DNA from: an uncultured Planctomycetaceae bacterium
Lineage (GTDB): Bacteria > Planctomycetota > Planctomycetia > Planctomycetales > Planctomycetaceae
Length of the DNA: 64,000 nucleotides
Direction: 5' to 3'
Assembly (NCBI GenBank): GCA_963813715.1
Contig: CAWFAK010000008.1
Span: 1 to 64,000 of the forward strand
Part shown: positions 23,419 through 34,502 of the stretch, piece by piece
Layout of the letters: the number at the start of each line of letters is the position of its first letter
How positions within the stretch are numbered: position 1 is the first letter of the stretch
Made by a program: the position numbers and the translations under genes
The notes under the pieces: model-generated
Told to the model about the DNA's origin: nothing
Database searches by the model: none
Seen by the model: the letters and a program-made list of their open reading frames with translations, nothing else

Positions 23419-24670
23419 CGATGAATTTGTGCACGACGTCCGCCTTACGTCTGACGACAAGGCTTCGAGTGCTTGCCGCCGGCTGCCTGACAGTCGCCAT
23501 TTGGTCCAGCATCGGCGTGTCCGGATCGGCCGCGGACTGGCTGCAGTTTCGTGGCAACAAGGTCGACGGTGTGGCGGCGGGCGAAGGTCCGGCCCGTCTC
23601 GACCACAACGCTTGGACAGCGTCGCTGCCGGGCCGCGGCATTTCGGGCCCGATTGTCGTCGGCGATCGAGTTTATCGTGACGGCCTGCAGCGGTCACGAG
23701 CAAGAACGCCTGCATGTGCTGGCCTTCGAGACGGCCGGCGGCAAGCTCGTCTTGGGATCGCCAGTTTTGGGCGACCGGTCGCACGCAGTGCCATCCGAAA
23801 ATGTCAGTCGCCAGCTCCAATCCCGCCAGCGACGGGCAGCACATCATCGCCCTTTATTCGACGAACGACCTGGTCTGCCTCGATCGCGACGGCAAGCTGC
23901 TTTGGTTTCGCGGACTGACTTACGAATACCCCAACGCAAGCAACAGCCTGGGCATGGCCTCCTCGCCCGTGATCGCAAACGACACCGTCATCGCGCAGGT
24001 CGAGACCGACGACGATTCGTTTGCCATGGGCCTCGACATCGAAACCGGCGAGACGCGCTGGAAACTCGAGCGGCCGCACCGCGACAACTGGACTTCGCCC
24101 CTCATTCTTCGCGGCGCTGGCCCCGAGGACGACGTCGTGGTCCTGCAGGGATCGGGGGGGCTGATTGGCATGCGTCCGAAGACGGGCAAGCTGGTCTGGA
24201 CCTACACCGAGGGCGCCTCGACGGTCGCGTCGTCGGCTTCTGGCGAAGGTCTGATCTTCGCTCCCTCCAACGGGATTACGGCTCTCGCTTGCGCGTCCCC
24301 CGCCGCGACGCCGGCCAAACGCTGGCGGATGGCCCCGCTGGGTCCGGGTTACGCCAGTCTCACGTACTATCAGGGACGCGTTTACAGCGTCACCGGGGCA
24401 CCCGTATTGATCGCGGCCGACGCCAAGACCGGTCATGTCGACTGGCGACTGCGGCTGACCGGCACCTTCTACGCGTCACCCATCGTGGCCGGCCAGCGGA
24501 TGTACTTCTTTAACGACGCGGGCCTCGGCGAGATGGTCGAGCTTGGCAAAGAACGCGGCCGGATCGCCAATCAGCACGACTTCAAGGAAGGCATCCTCGG
24601 CACGCCGGCCCTTGCGGACAAAGCGATTTACGTCCGCAGCGACGAACATCTGTGGAAGATCGCCGACTAG
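23415..24670 (+). CDS. PQQ-binding-like beta-propeller protein (frameshifts)
   Basis: ADWLQFRG, GISGPIVVGDRV, GMASSPV, NWTSP, FYASP, TPALADKAIYVRS. Confidence 0.9.
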
Positions 24671-24678
24671 CGCGCGGG

Positions 24679-24921
24679 TGCCATGCCCATCGGTTTCGGT
24701 GGGCATGCGTGATTGCAGCGGAAAACATGCCCACGCCGAGCCGTGAGTGTGTCCGGAAATTCGGTGCCACGGCTGAGACGCTTCGGTTCAGCCGTGCTCT
24801 TTTTGGGTGCTGCTGACGGTTTCTGGACCGCGAAGAGCACGGTTGAGCGAGCTCAACCGTGGCACCCAAGGCAAATCGTCTCTCTGAATTCCCGGACGGT
24901 CTCACGCCGAGCTGTGGGCAG
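24679..24921. repeat. REP-like palindrome pair (CATGCCCAy...GTGGGCA); the second hairpin is interrupted by a MITE
   Basis: CATGCCCATCGGTTTCGGTGGGCATG at 24682-24707; CATGCCC-ACGCCGAGCYGT-GGGCA is reconstituted when 24745-24915 is removed. Confidence 0.7.
24745..24903. mobile_element. 159-bp MITE with 18-bp imperfect TIRs and a 12-bp target duplication
   Basis: Left end GAGTGTGTCCGGAAATTC, right end (reverse complement) GAGACCGTCCGGGAATTC; flanks ACGCCGAGCCGT (24733-24744) and ACGCCGAGCTGT (24904-24915). Confidence 0.75.
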
Positions 24922-24971
24922 GACTGCCAAACCCGTCCGATAGCAATTGACGGCCTACTAGCCCCCAGCTG

Positions 24972-25856
24972 CTAGCTCAGAGGCACGGCTTTGTGGGCAA
25001 TCCGGACTGGAGCGAGAGCGTGGGGCGACGGCTCGAATCGAATGCCCTCCTTCTGCGCGGCCGCCGTCATCGCGCGAAAGCCCGCGTCGCAGGCTTCGTC
25101 GAACGGCATGTTGGTGAAGCATTCGACCGAGCACGAACGCGCGAAGCGAATGTCCCGCAGGGCCGCGAAGACTTTGGCGTAATCCATCGCACCGCGGCCG
25201 GGAATCAGGTGCGTCCAATGCGGATAGCGGCCGATGTGGTCTTTCAGGTGGGCGTGGACGATCCGCGACGCAAACCGGCGGGCGAATGCCGCCGGATCGA
25301 GGCCCATCAGCACCAGGTAACACGGGTCGAAGTTGACGCCGAAGACGGGCGAGCCGACGTCCTGAAATAGCCGCTCGAGCGTGTCGGACGAATCGTCGAC
25401 CCAGTCGGGCCAGATGCCGTCGACCGCCAGAAAAACTCGGCGGACGGCCGCGTAATCCGCCGCGTCGCGAATCTCGGCGACGATCGCTTGCCAAAAGTCT
25501 TCGCGCGATGCGTCGGGCGGGTAGCCGCCCATGTGAAAGGTGACGACGTCGGCGCCGACGTCGACAGCCAGGTCGACCGTGCCGGCCAGATCGAGCGGAT
25601 CCTTGTCGGGATCGACGAGCGAGTCGGCCAGCGGCGTGTGCGTGATCACGGCTTCGACTGCGAGCCCGAGCCGCTCCGCCGTCCGCCGCGTTTGCCGGCG
25701 CAATGTCGGAGTGACCGAGCGCGGATCGGTCGAGGGACCGTCGGTCCCGGAGATGTCGATGCCGCTGTAGCCCGCACGGGCAATTCGCTTGAGGCAATTC
25801 TCCAGCGGCAGGCGCAATCGATCGGTATAGCTGTAGGTATAGAAGCCGAGTCTCAC
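24972..25856 (-). CDS. Sugar phosphate isomerase/epimerase (xylose isomerase-like TIM barrel)
   Basis: AGYSGID, GVNFDP, HAHLKD, PGRGAMDY, SVE motifs. Confidence 0.88.
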   Translation of the reverse strand: MRLGFYTYSYTDRLRLPLENCLKRIARAGYSGIDISGTDGPSTDPRSVTPTLRRQTRRTAERLGLAVEAVITHTPLADSLVDPDKDPLDLAGTVDLAVDVGADVVTFHMGGYPPDASREDFWQAIVAEIRDAADYAAVRRVFLAVDGIWPDWVDDSSDTLERLFQDVGSPVFGVNFDPCYLVLMGLDPAAFARRFASRIVHAHLKDHIGRYPHWTHLIPGRGAMDYAKVFAALRDIRFARSCSVECFTNMPFDEACDAGFRAMTAAAQKEGIRFEPSPHALAPVRIAHKAVPLS

Positions 25857-26156
25857 GGGACGTCATCCTTGACGGGCGTGTCGATGAGTTTGCGAGTTTG
25901 CGAACGCAAGCGAGACCGAGCGAATGCTCAGCGGAAGATGATCGCCCGCAAGTCCGATCGTCGAGTGGGCCGATGATCGTGCAGCAGGGGGGCGGATTGT
26001 AGCGGAAGTTCTGCCGCGCCGGTATGTCTTTTACCAGCGCCAGCTGGCCCGGCGGATGGGGAAATGGGCAGCTTTTGACCTAAGTACGCCGGCACTCCAT
26101 TTGCTTCTCTTCGGAGAGCGTTTCTTAGCCACGCAACTCGACTGAGGAGATAGAAA

Positions 26157-26337
26157 ATGACCGGTAAAGCCGAAGAAATTAAAGGTCGCGTCAAGGAAGC
26201 CGCGGGGGCGATTGCTGATAACGATCAGATGCGGCGCGAAGGGAAAGATCGACCAGGCGGCGGGTAAGGTGAAGCAGGCGGCGGAGAAGGCCGTCGACGC
26301 GATCCAGAACGCTGCCAAGAACGCCAACAAGCGGTAA
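26157..26337 (+). CDS. csbD: CsbD family stress protein (1-nt frameshift; absent from the ORF track)
   Basis: RBS GAGGAG; MTGKAEEIKGRVKEAAGAIADNDQMRREGK/IDQAAGKVKQAAEKAVDAI...KR*. Confidence 0.85.
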
Positions 26338-26384
26338 GCCCAACTCGACGAGGCGCCCGGAGTCCCAGCGGCCAATGTGGCCGC

Positions 26385-26882
26385 TTAGCCGGCGCTTTGA
26401 TCGAGGGCAGCCGCGACGGCCAGTTCGTCCACTCGCTCGTTTTCGGGGTGGCCGCTGTGGCCGGCGACCGTGGTGAATCTCACCTCGTGTCGCGCGAGTA
26501 GCTCGTCTAACCGCTGCCAGAGGTCGACATTTTTGACCTCTGTCCAGCGGTTTTTTTCGCGCCGTCGCCAACCATTTCTCTTCCAGCCCGGAAGCCATTC
26601 TGTGGCTCCCTTCGCGACGTACGCGCTGTCGGTGATGACTTCCACAGCCGAGCGACGTTTGAGCGCAGCCAAGCCTTCGATCACCGCCATCAACTCCATT
26701 TGATTGTTGGTGGTGATCCGCGCGCTGCCGAAGTGTTCTTTTTCGACTCCGGTCGATGGATGCCGCAGGATGAAGGCCCAGCCGCCGGGCCCCGGATTGC
26801 CGCGACAGGCCCCGTCCGTGAAAAGCTGCACGCGCGCGAGTGCACTCGGCGCGGTCGTCTGATCTTCCGTGGCATCATCCAT
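26385..26882 (-). CDS. rnhA: Ribonuclease HI
   Basis: FTDGACRGNPGPGGW, TTNNQMEL, TDSAYV, VKNVDLW, GHSGHPENERVDELA. Confidence 0.97.
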   Translation of the reverse strand: MDDATEDQTTAPSALARVQLFTDGACRGNPGPGGWAFILRHPSTGVEKEHFGSARITTNNQMELMAVIEGLAALKRRSAVEVITDSAYVAKGATEWLPGWKRNGWRRREKNRWTEVKNVDLWQRLDELLARHEVRFTTVAGHSGHPENERVDELAVAAALDQSAG

Positions 26883-27059
26883 GAGGAGCAGCGTGGATCA
26901 AAAGAGCAACGTGGAAGAAGAGGCGCACGGCGATCCTCGTCAGCCACCGCGCTCGACGCGCGCCCACTCTGATAGAAATCAAATCGCGCGGCAAGGGCTG
27001 TAGGATTTGGCTCGCGCCGTTCGCGAGCTGCGTCGTTCGGCCTCACGCTGCTCGCGAGG

Positions 27060-27278
27060 CTAGCGCTCGCGGAAGGTGATGCGGCCGCGCTTGAGATCGT
27101 AGGGTGACACTTCGACGATCACCCGATCTCCCGGCACAATACGAATGAAATGCTTGCGCATCTTGCCCGCGACGTGTGCGAGCACTTCGTGACCGTTATC
27201 CAGCTGCACGCGAAACTGCGTGTTGGCCAGGGCCTCGGTCACTCGGCCCTCGGCTTGAATCGCTTCTTCTTTCGCCAT
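27060..27278 (-). CDS. infA: Translation initiation factor IF-1
   Basis: [53 protein letters not shown]...SPYDL.RGRITFR; 72 aa. Confidence 0.98.
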   Translation of the reverse strand: MAKEEAIQAEGRVTEALANTQFRVQLDNGHEVLAHVAGKMRKHFIRIVPGDRVIVEVSPYDLKRGRITFRER

Positions 27279-27601
27279 AGTCCCTCAACAACCAGATCGA
27301 ACCCGAACCCGGATCGTCGCCCGGGAAGTGGCAGATTATTCGCTCTCAGCCGCACCGCCGCGTGGCCCGTATTTCCGCGGAGGGGCTAAAAGCTCCGGTC
27401 CCATTCGCCGAGGGGACCAGCCACATTTGCCCGGAAGAATCGAGCAATTATGGATTCTCCGCCCGGAAAATGCCAGACCGGAAGGAGAACCAGCCTGCAA
27501 TGCTCGCCACAAACGCGGGCTTTACGACAATTTTGAATCACGCACGAAGGGACGACGAAGCAGTCATGGAGAAAGCGTGAAGATCGCACGACGAGCAGCA
27601 A

Positions 27602-28810
27602 TTATTCGCTGCTAAATCCCAACACCCGGCGGATTTCGACCGGGCTGGTGACTCCCGCGTCGACCGCCTCCGCAGCGCGGCGCCAGCGGGATTTCATGCC
27701 GGCGGTCGCGGCCCGACGTTCCAGCTCAATCGAGTCGCTCCGCTCGAGGATCGAACGGCCCACTCCGTGCGCTTCGGGGATGAGGAGCTCGGCGATGAGG
27801 AACCGCCCCTGGTAGCCGGTGCCGCGGCATTTCTCGCAGCCTGCCGACACCCGCACGCGCTCGACGGCCAGGCCCAGGCGGTCTTTGGGATCCTGCGATT
27901 CGGTCGCACACTCGCACAAGCGACGCAACAGCCGCTGGTTGAGAATGGCGAGCACGGCGCTACGCACCTGGTAGGGCTCGAGTCCCATCTCGAGCAGCCG
28001 GTTGAGGGCCTCGGAGGCGCTGCCGGCGTGAAACGTGGTGAGAATCAAGTGGCCGGTCAGCGCGGCTTGCACGGCGACTTGTGCCGTCGTGCGGTCGCGA
28101 ATCTCTCCGACGGCGATCACTTCCGGATCTTGCCGCAGGAGCGACTTGAGGCCCGTTTCATAATCGAAGCCGGCGATCGGCCGCACTTGCGACTGGGCGA
28201 CGCCGGGCATCACGGCTTCCACCGGGTCTTCGAGCGTGGCGACGCTGCGGGGGTGCTCCTCGCGTTCGGTGATCTCGCGCAGGCAGGCGTAGATCGACGT
28301 CGTCTTGCCGCTGCCGGCCGGCCCGCTGATCAGGATCATTCCGCCGCGCCGCGCGAGCATCGACTTCAAACTTGCAGCCAGCTCCGGGTCGAAGCCCAGG
28401 TCGTCGACGTGCCGATAGCGATTCGAGCCGGCAAACAGCCGAATCACGCACTTCTCGCCGAACAGCGTGGGGAATGTGCTCACGCGCGTTTCCGCATTGC
28501 CTTCCAAGAGATGAATGCGGCCCTCTTGCGGCACGTCGGTCTGATACGTCAACAGCTGCGACATCACCTTGAGCCGCGCGATGATATTGGGAGCGATCGC
28601 CCGCGGCAGCAGCTCGATGGGGTGCAGCACGCCGTCGATCCGCCAGGACATGGCCAGGCCGTCTTCGCCCGGCAGCAAGTGGATGTCGCTTGCACCGGCC
28701 TTGCGGGCCGACATCAGCATGGAGTCGACAAGCCGCAGCACGTATTCCGGGTGCGTTCGCGGCAGTTCGGGCGACTCGCTGCGGAATTGCTGCTGCAAAG
28801 AGAGGGGCAT
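27602..28810 (-). CDS. GspE/PulE/PilB-family secretion ATPase
   Basis: ASDIH, RIDGVL, ARLKVM, PQEGR, Walker A GPAGSGKTT, TLEDPVE, LRQDPEVIAVGEIRD, TGHL and a Cys zinc motif. Confidence 0.93.
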   Translation of the reverse strand: MPLSLQQQFRSESPELPRTHPEYVLRLVDSMLMSARKAGASDIHLLPGEDGLAMSWRIDGVLHPIELLPRAIAPNIIARLKVMSQLLTYQTDVPQEGRIHLLEGNAETRVSTFPTLFGEKCVIRLFAGSNRYRHVDDLGFDPELAASLKSMLARRGGMILISGPAGSGKTTSIYACLREITEREEHPRSVATLEDPVEAVMPGVAQSQVRPIAGFDYETGLKSLLRQDPEVIAVGEIRDRTTAQVAVQAALTGHLILTTFHAGSASEALNRLLEMGLEPYQVRSAVLAILNQRLLRRLCECATESQDPKDRLGLAVERVRVSAGCEKCRGTGYQGRFLIAELLIPEAHGVGRSILERSDSIELERRAATAGMKSRWRRAAEAVDAGVTSPVEIRRVLGFSSE

Positions 28811-29076
28811 GCGAGGTCGATCCGCCAGACGCGGCCGGAAGGAAAGCACTGCCCGCGCACGCGCCGCGCATCGATTGCGGAGGCATTTTTGTATCTTGAG
28901 GGGCGCCGCGAGCCGAGTCAACCGGCGGTTTTCGGGCTCAGGCGGCGCGCGATCGGGCGATTTGGCAGACAATTTCGGCCCGTCGGGCCCTCTTGTCAGA
29001 TCGGCAAAAGCCGCCCGTAGCGTCCGGGATTCGAGCGGCCAACCGCCCACGACGGCACCGAATATCTGAATATCTG

Positions 29077-31275
29077 ATGTTTGATTCGCACCGCACTCTC
29101 TGCCTGGCTTTGGCGCTCGGCCTGTGCTTCGCCCTCGGGCTCGAGCCGCAACTTGCCGTAGCGCAGCGCCGAGCATTCGAGAAGGTGCCGGGCAAGCTGG
29201 ACATGCACCTCAAGTTGCCGGCCCCCGTGATGCGAAACGGAGCGCCCTTTCCGCTGCAGCTCGACTTCACTTCCACGTTCCCGGACGTGATCGAAGGGCC
29301 GCTCGAACTGACCTTCTACGACGAGGGGCTTCTGCAGCTGCGGTTTCTCACGACGCCGGTGGTCATCGCGGCCGACTCGTCGACGGCCTATTCGATCCAG
29401 CTCCCCAGTTTGACCTGCATTCGGACGCCGACGGAGTTCCAAGTCGGCGTGGTGCTGCAGTCTGCCCGCAAAACGTTCGACCTGGGAAAGCACGATTTGT
29501 TGATCTCGCTGCGGGGCACGCGGCAGTTCGTGATCGCCGCGCCCGGGCTCAACGAGGTCGACGTCGGCCAACTCGTGCGGTCGCTATCGCTCGACGATTT
29601 CCGCCCGCGCAAGCTGAACCGCCAGAACTTCGCCACCTATTCCACCGAACTCGACCCGCACCGCATTCTGGGCGATCCGATGGGACTCTATCCCTACGAC
29701 GTGGTGGTCCTGGTGGGGCAGCATTTTTCCGCGCTCTCAGCCCGGCAATTAGAGACGCTCGCCACGTGGGCCGAATCGGGGGGCGGACTGGTCGTCGTTC
29801 CCAGCGGAGTGCTCACCGACGTCCATTGCCGTTTCCTCGCGAAGGTGACCCGTCTCGATCTTGGCAGCTTTCCAACCGACACGTTGGGCCGCCTGTCGCC
29901 GCTCGATCCGGGCGATCCGCATCGACTCGTTTCGGGCAACTACGGTTTCGGACGGATTTTGATGTTGCGATCGATTCCGTCGGTCTCCGTGAAGGACCCT
30001 GATGCCGGACATGAGGGGTTCGCGAAGGACACGGAGTGGATTCGCGCCGTCACCCATTTGTGGAACGTCCGTTCCGACCAGGTCGACTCGATCCTGAAAA
30101 CCGGCACCTGGCAGATGCCCGAACCACAGCCCGTCAAACCGTCGGTGCCCGTAACAAGCTCGCCATTGCCGAAAGCGATGGCGGTCCGCACGGATATCCG
30201 CTACTCGTCCTATGGGGACGTCGGCGGGCTGGTGACGCAACCGCCAGTCGCGGCGAACGCGCTCCGCGACATGCTCTTTCCGGCAGCCGTCCGTGTGGTG
30301 CCGTTCGGCATCGTGATCGGATTATTGGCGTCGTTCCTCGTCGTCGTCGCGCCGGGTGATTATTGGGTTCTGGGCTGGCTGCGACGTCGGCGATTCACGT
30401 GGATCGTGTTCCCAATCGTCTCGCTGATGTTCACCGCAATCACGGTCGCTATTGCCGGCTACTACAGCGGCAACACGGATCATCGAAACAGTCTAGTGGT
30501 CGTCGACCTCGCGCGGGACGGCCGGCCGCTGCGGACCTCGCGGATCATGCACGTGATCACGGCCGACACCCACATGTTGACGGCCGACGTCCGCGACGGA
30601 CTGTTCGCCAAGACCGACCTGCAACCCGCCCAAGTCGACAGCGAGCCGGATTCATCAAAAAAAGACCCGCTCGACGAACTGCCCGTGCGCGTCGAACAAA
30701 AGCTCGTCTATGACGGCGTGTTGCCGGCCGCCTATACGGTAAGTTGGCTGTCGAAGCAGTGGTCCCCCGCCATGCACCGGATGACGCGGGTGGGCTCAGA
30801 CGTCGACGTTCCACAGATCGACTGGGCCGCATTCGATCGCTTCGATCTCGCCACCGAATCGGGGCGCGAGAAGGCCGTCAAAATGCTGCGCGAACTGCTG
30901 CCCGAATGCGCCTTGCTGTTCGCGACCGGCAAAGATTCGCTGGCGAACCCATTCCCGGCGATCGCGGTCGGTGGCGAGCGATTTGTGGAATGGCCCGACG
31001 TGCTGACCAGTCTCGGCCGCCGCAGAGATTTTGGCTTGATGTCGATTCTGTTCGGCGTGTCTCCCAACGGAGCCGGCGACCTCGAAGATCTGGCCGTGCT
31101 GGACGACGCCGACTCCGCGACCTGGCTCGTGCACGTGGCGGTGATCCGCGGAGAGGACCTCATCGTGTTTCGGCACGTGATCCGCAAACCGCCGGCCGGA
31201 AACACCGGCGACGGACAGAGCGGTGCTCAGCCCGCAACGGCCGAAAAGCCCCGAGGCGGAAAACTCTCGCCATGA
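29077..31275 (+). CDS. Exported/membrane protein associated with an ABC exporter (GATase-like middle domain, 2 TMs)
   Basis: Signal peptide; YDVVVL...QLETLATWAESGGGLVV; VVAPGDYWVL...RFTWIVFP TM pair; ATGA overlap with the ABC ATPase gene. Confidence 0.75.
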   Translation: MFDSHRTLCLALALGLCFALGLEPQLAVAQRRAFEKVPGKLDMHLKLPAPVMRNGAPFPLQLDFTSTFPDVIEGPLELTFYDEGLLQLRFLTTPVVIAADSSTAYSIQLPSLTCIRTPTEFQVGVVLQSARKTFDLGKHDLLISLRGTRQFVIAAPGLNEVDVGQLVRSLSLDDFRPRKLNRQNFATYSTELDPHRILGDPMGLYPYDVVVLVGQHFSALSARQLETLATWAESGGGLVVVPSGVLTDVHCRFLAKVTRLDLGSFPTDTLGRLSPLDPGDPHRLVSGNYGFGRILMLRSIPSVSVKDPDAGHEGFAKDTEWIRAVTHLWNVRSDQVDSILKTGTWQMPEPQPVKPSVPVTSSPLPKAMAVRTDIRYSSYGDVGGLVTQPPVAANALRDMLFPAAVRVVPFGIVIGLLASFLVVVAPGDYWVLGWLRRRRFTWIVFPIVSLMFTAITVAIAGYYSGNTDHRNSLVVVDLARDGRPLRTSRIMHVITADTHMLTADVRDGLFAKTDLQPAQVDSEPDSSKKDPLDELPVRVEQKLVYDGVLPAAYTVSWLSKQWSPAMHRMTRVGSDVDVPQIDWAAFDRFDLATESGREKAVKMLRELLPECALLFATGKDSLANPFPAIAVGGERFVEWPDVLTSLGRRRDFGLMSILFGVSPNGAGDLEDLAVLDDADSATWLVHVAVIRGEDLIVFRHVIRKPPAGNTGDGQSGAQPATAEKPRGGKLSP

Positions 31276-32241
31276 ACGACGCCAGTGCCAGCCGCACGAA
31301 CGGCGCTCCGCCGATGGTGGAGATCTTCAACCTGTGGGTGAAGTACGGCTCCGTCGAAGCCGTGCGGGGTATCTCGTTCTCGATTCCCCGCGGCGGGGTG
31401 TTCGGATTCATCGGGCCCAACGGTGCGGGCAAGTCGTCGACGATCCGCGTGTTGGCGACATTGCAGGAGCCGTTCGCCGGCTGGGCCAAAATCGACGGGA
31501 TCGAAATCCGCTCCGATCCGACGCGTATTCGCCGCAAGATCGGTTATTTGCCCGATGCGGTCGGCCTGTACGAAGATCTCACCGTCCGCGAGTATCTGCA
31601 CTTCTTTGCGGCCGCCTACGACCTGGCCGAAGCGACCCGCCCGCAGTTGATCGACGATCTCCTCTGCCCTCACCGATCTGGCCCACAAGATCGACGCGCA
31701 GGTGGTGGCCCTGTCGCGCGGCATGCAGCAACGATTGGGGCTGGCCCGCGTCCTGCTGCACGATCCGGATCTGCTGCTGCTCGACGAACCGGCGAGCGGC
31801 CTCGACCCGCGGGCCCGCATCGAGATCCGCGAGATTCTGAAAGAACTCGCGCGGATGGGCAAAACGATCCTGATCTCGAGCCATATCCTGCACGAGCTGT
31901 CGCAGCTCTGTTCGCAGATCGGCATCCTCGAGGCCGGGGAGCTGGTCTTCGAGGGGCCATTGGCGGAAATCAATCGGCGACTGGGATTGATGCAGCTCGT
32001 GCACGCCCAGGTGGTCAATGCGTCGGACGAGCTGACGGGCCGCGTCCGCAAAATCCGCGGCGTGGAGAGCGTCGAGGCGCGGGGTGACCGGCTTTCAATT
32101 CGCGTGCGGGCCGAGGCACTGGCGCCCGAGGCGTTGCTGGAAGAACTGCGGACGGCCGGCGCGTCGGTGCGAATGTTCCAGCCCGAATCGCTCGAACTGG
32201 AGACGGCCTTCCTCAAATTGACGGAGGGCCGGACCGCGTGA
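31272..32241 (+). CDS. ABC transporter ATP-binding protein (frameshift at about 31665)
   Basis: GPNGAGKSS, LSRGMQQR, LLLLDEP, ISSH. Confidence 0.93.
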
Positions 32242-33902
32242 TGTCCGCGTTGCGCCGGCTGCCTCTGGCCTCGTTCCGTTTGCCGGTGCTGGTCAAGGAT
32301 CTGACCGAGCAAGCCGCGCAACGGCGGACCTACATCATTCGCTTCGCCTACGGACTCGTGCTGTTCACGTCGACGGTCGTGCTCTTTTACGCGAATCTCG
32401 GCACGGGGGCTTCGGCCCGACAGACGCTCGGCCGCGGGTCTAGCTATTTCGCGATCCTGCTCGCATTCCAGATGATCGCCATGTATCTGGTCATTCCGCT
32501 GCTGACGGCCGGGGCGATCGCCGGGGAGCGGCAGCGGGAAACGCTCGTGCTGCTGTTGCTGAGCCCGCTGACGCCGATGCAGATCGTGTTGCAAAAATAC
32601 CTGAGCCGGATGGCTCCCGTGCTGACGTTCGTGTTTCTGTCGTTCCCCCTTCTGGCAATCACGTACACGTTTGGGGGCGTGACGGTGGGTCAGCTCTTGT
32701 TGGGAATTGCCTTGGTGACGTTTGTGTGCCTCGAGTTGGGGGCGTTCGGCATCATGTGCTCGAGCTGGTCTGCGACGACGGCTCAGGCCCTCGGGGCGAC
32801 TTATGTCGGCTCGCTTTTGTTCCCGTGGGTTTGTTCGGGCGTCTGCTGTACGTTTCCCGTGGCCGCACTCTCGGGCTCGACAAACGTTGTCGATCTCGGC
32901 GCGCTCACGTCGGCCGGTTTTTGCCTGTTCTCGACGGTCGCCTGCCTCTCGATTGCGGAATTCGTTCTCTCCGCGCGGGCGTCGGCCAGTGCGCCGCGGA
33001 GCGTGCCGCCCCTGTTTCAAAAGATCGATCGCTTCTTCGAGGTGGTCAACGGCGTGGCCGGCGGCATCGTCGTTTGGCGAGACCGCGCCAGCCTGCCCTC
33101 AAGCGAGCCGATCCGCTGGCGCGAGACGCGCAAACGCACCTTCGGCACGCCCCGCTATCTGGCCCGCGTGCTGTTGGCACTCGAGCTGCCCGTAGTGGTT
33201 CTGGTGCCGGCGATCCGCCTCAAAGCGGCTCCTGCCATCCAAGAGCAGGGCCTGGCGATTGTGCTCGCAATCACTTGGGTCAGCGCGGTCCTGCTGGTCG
33301 GCGTATTTGCCGCGAGCATTGTGTCGCAGGAACGCTCGCGACAGACACTCGCCGTGCTGTTGACCGCACCTCTTTCCGGCCGCCAAATCCTGCAGCAAAA
33401 ACTGGCGGGCGTCGACCGCTTGATCCTGGTGCTCTTGGCGCCCTTGGTCAGCTTCATCGGTTTTCAGTTCTGGTGGAAATCGCCCGGGGCCGGTCGCTAT
33501 CTGGTATTGGCGCTGCTGACGCTCATTTATCTGCCGTGTGTGAAATGGCTGGCGACCGGATTCGGGCTCAGGATGCGAACACAACTGATCGCCATCGTGG
33601 TGACGGTCTCGACGCTGGCGATCTGGACGCTGGCACCGCCCCTCGCGCTGGCAGTCCTGGGTCAGTTCCAACTCGACGGGCCTGCCGTGAGAGAATTCGT
33701 CCTGGTGTTGAGTCCCCTCAACGCCGTGGCCGCGATCCAAAAAATGGCGACAAATTCATCCGGTTTGCCTGGCAGGCTGCTCGAACGCGATCGGCCATTT
33801 CTGTGGCACTTCGCCCTTTACGCGGGCCTCTGGTTTCTGCTGCGGCAGTATTGCCTGCGGAACCTCGACCGCCGCCTGGGCCGCGTTCCGCAACCGGGCT
33901 GA
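32238..33902 (+). CDS. ABC-2 type permease (two repeated halves)
   Basis: Many TMs; IAGERQRETLVLLLLSP and IVSQERSRQTLAVLLTAP repeats. Confidence 0.88.
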   Translation: MMSALRRLPLASFRLPVLVKDLTEQAAQRRTYIIRFAYGLVLFTSTVVLFYANLGTGASARQTLGRGSSYFAILLAFQMIAMYLVIPLLTAGAIAGERQRETLVLLLLSPLTPMQIVLQKYLSRMAPVLTFVFLSFPLLAITYTFGGVTVGQLLLGIALVTFVCLELGAFGIMCSSWSATTAQALGATYVGSLLFPWVCSGVCCTFPVAALSGSTNVVDLGALTSAGFCLFSTVACLSIAEFVLSARASASAPRSVPPLFQKIDRFFEVVNGVAGGIVVWRDRASLPSSEPIRWRETRKRTFGTPRYLARVLLALELPVVVLVPAIRLKAAPAIQEQGLAIVLAITWVSAVLLVGVFAASIVSQERSRQTLAVLLTAPLSGRQILQQKLAGVDRLILVLLAPLVSFIGFQFWWKSPGAGRYLVLALLTLIYLPCVKWLATGFGLRMRTQLIAIVVTVSTLAIWTLAPPLALAVLGQFQLDGPAVREFVLVLSPLNAVAAIQKMATNSSGLPGRLLERDRPFLWHFALYAGLWFLLRQYCLRNLDRRLGRVPQPG

Positions 33903-33990
33903 CCCCCATCCCCGCCCGAGCCGTTAAAATAGTACTGCCGGTGGGTAGACCGGACGTTTGGGCGAATCCTCAACAGCAGGCGGCGAACGC

Positions 33991-34443
33991 GTGTCGGAAG
34001 GCTTGAACGATCCTCACGATTTGAACCGCTTCCTGCGCGCTCAAGAAAGCGACTATGCGCAGGCGCTTGAAGAAATCCAGTGGGGCCAAAAGCGGTCGCA
34101 CTGGATGTGGTATATCCTCCCGCAGTTCGACGGCCTGGGGCAAAGCTCGACGTCGAAGAAATACTCGATCAAGAGCGTGGCCGAGGCCAAGGCGTACCTC
34201 GCGCATCCCGTTCTTGGTTCGCGGCTCATCGAGTGCTGCGAAGCCGCGCTCAAAATCGAGGGACGATCGGTGCATACAATCTTCGGTTCTCCGGACGATC
34301 TCAAGCTCAAGTCGTGCGCGACGTTGTTTGCCCACATCTCACCGCGCGGATCGGTGTTTGAACTTTTGCTCGACAAGTATTTTGACGGCGATCGTGACCA
34401 AAAGACGTTGCGCCTGATGGGCGCCGCGACTGACGGAGCGTAA
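33991..34443 (+). CDS. DUF1810 family protein
   Basis: DLNRFLRAQ...GQKRSHWMWYILPQ..GLGQS...EAKAYLAHPVLGSRL...IFGSPDDLKLKSCATLF. Confidence 0.9.
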   Translation: MSEGLNDPHDLNRFLRAQESDYAQALEEIQWGQKRSHWMWYILPQFDGLGQSSTSKKYSIKSVAEAKAYLAHPVLGSRLIECCEAALKIEGRSVHTIFGSPDDLKLKSCATLFAHISPRGSVFELLLDKYFDGDRDQKTLRLMGAATDGA

Positions 34444-34502
34444 TCGGGGGAAGGCGTCCGAGTCGGGCCAAAATTCGTTCCCAATTGCCAAAGGTAGGTT
34501 CT

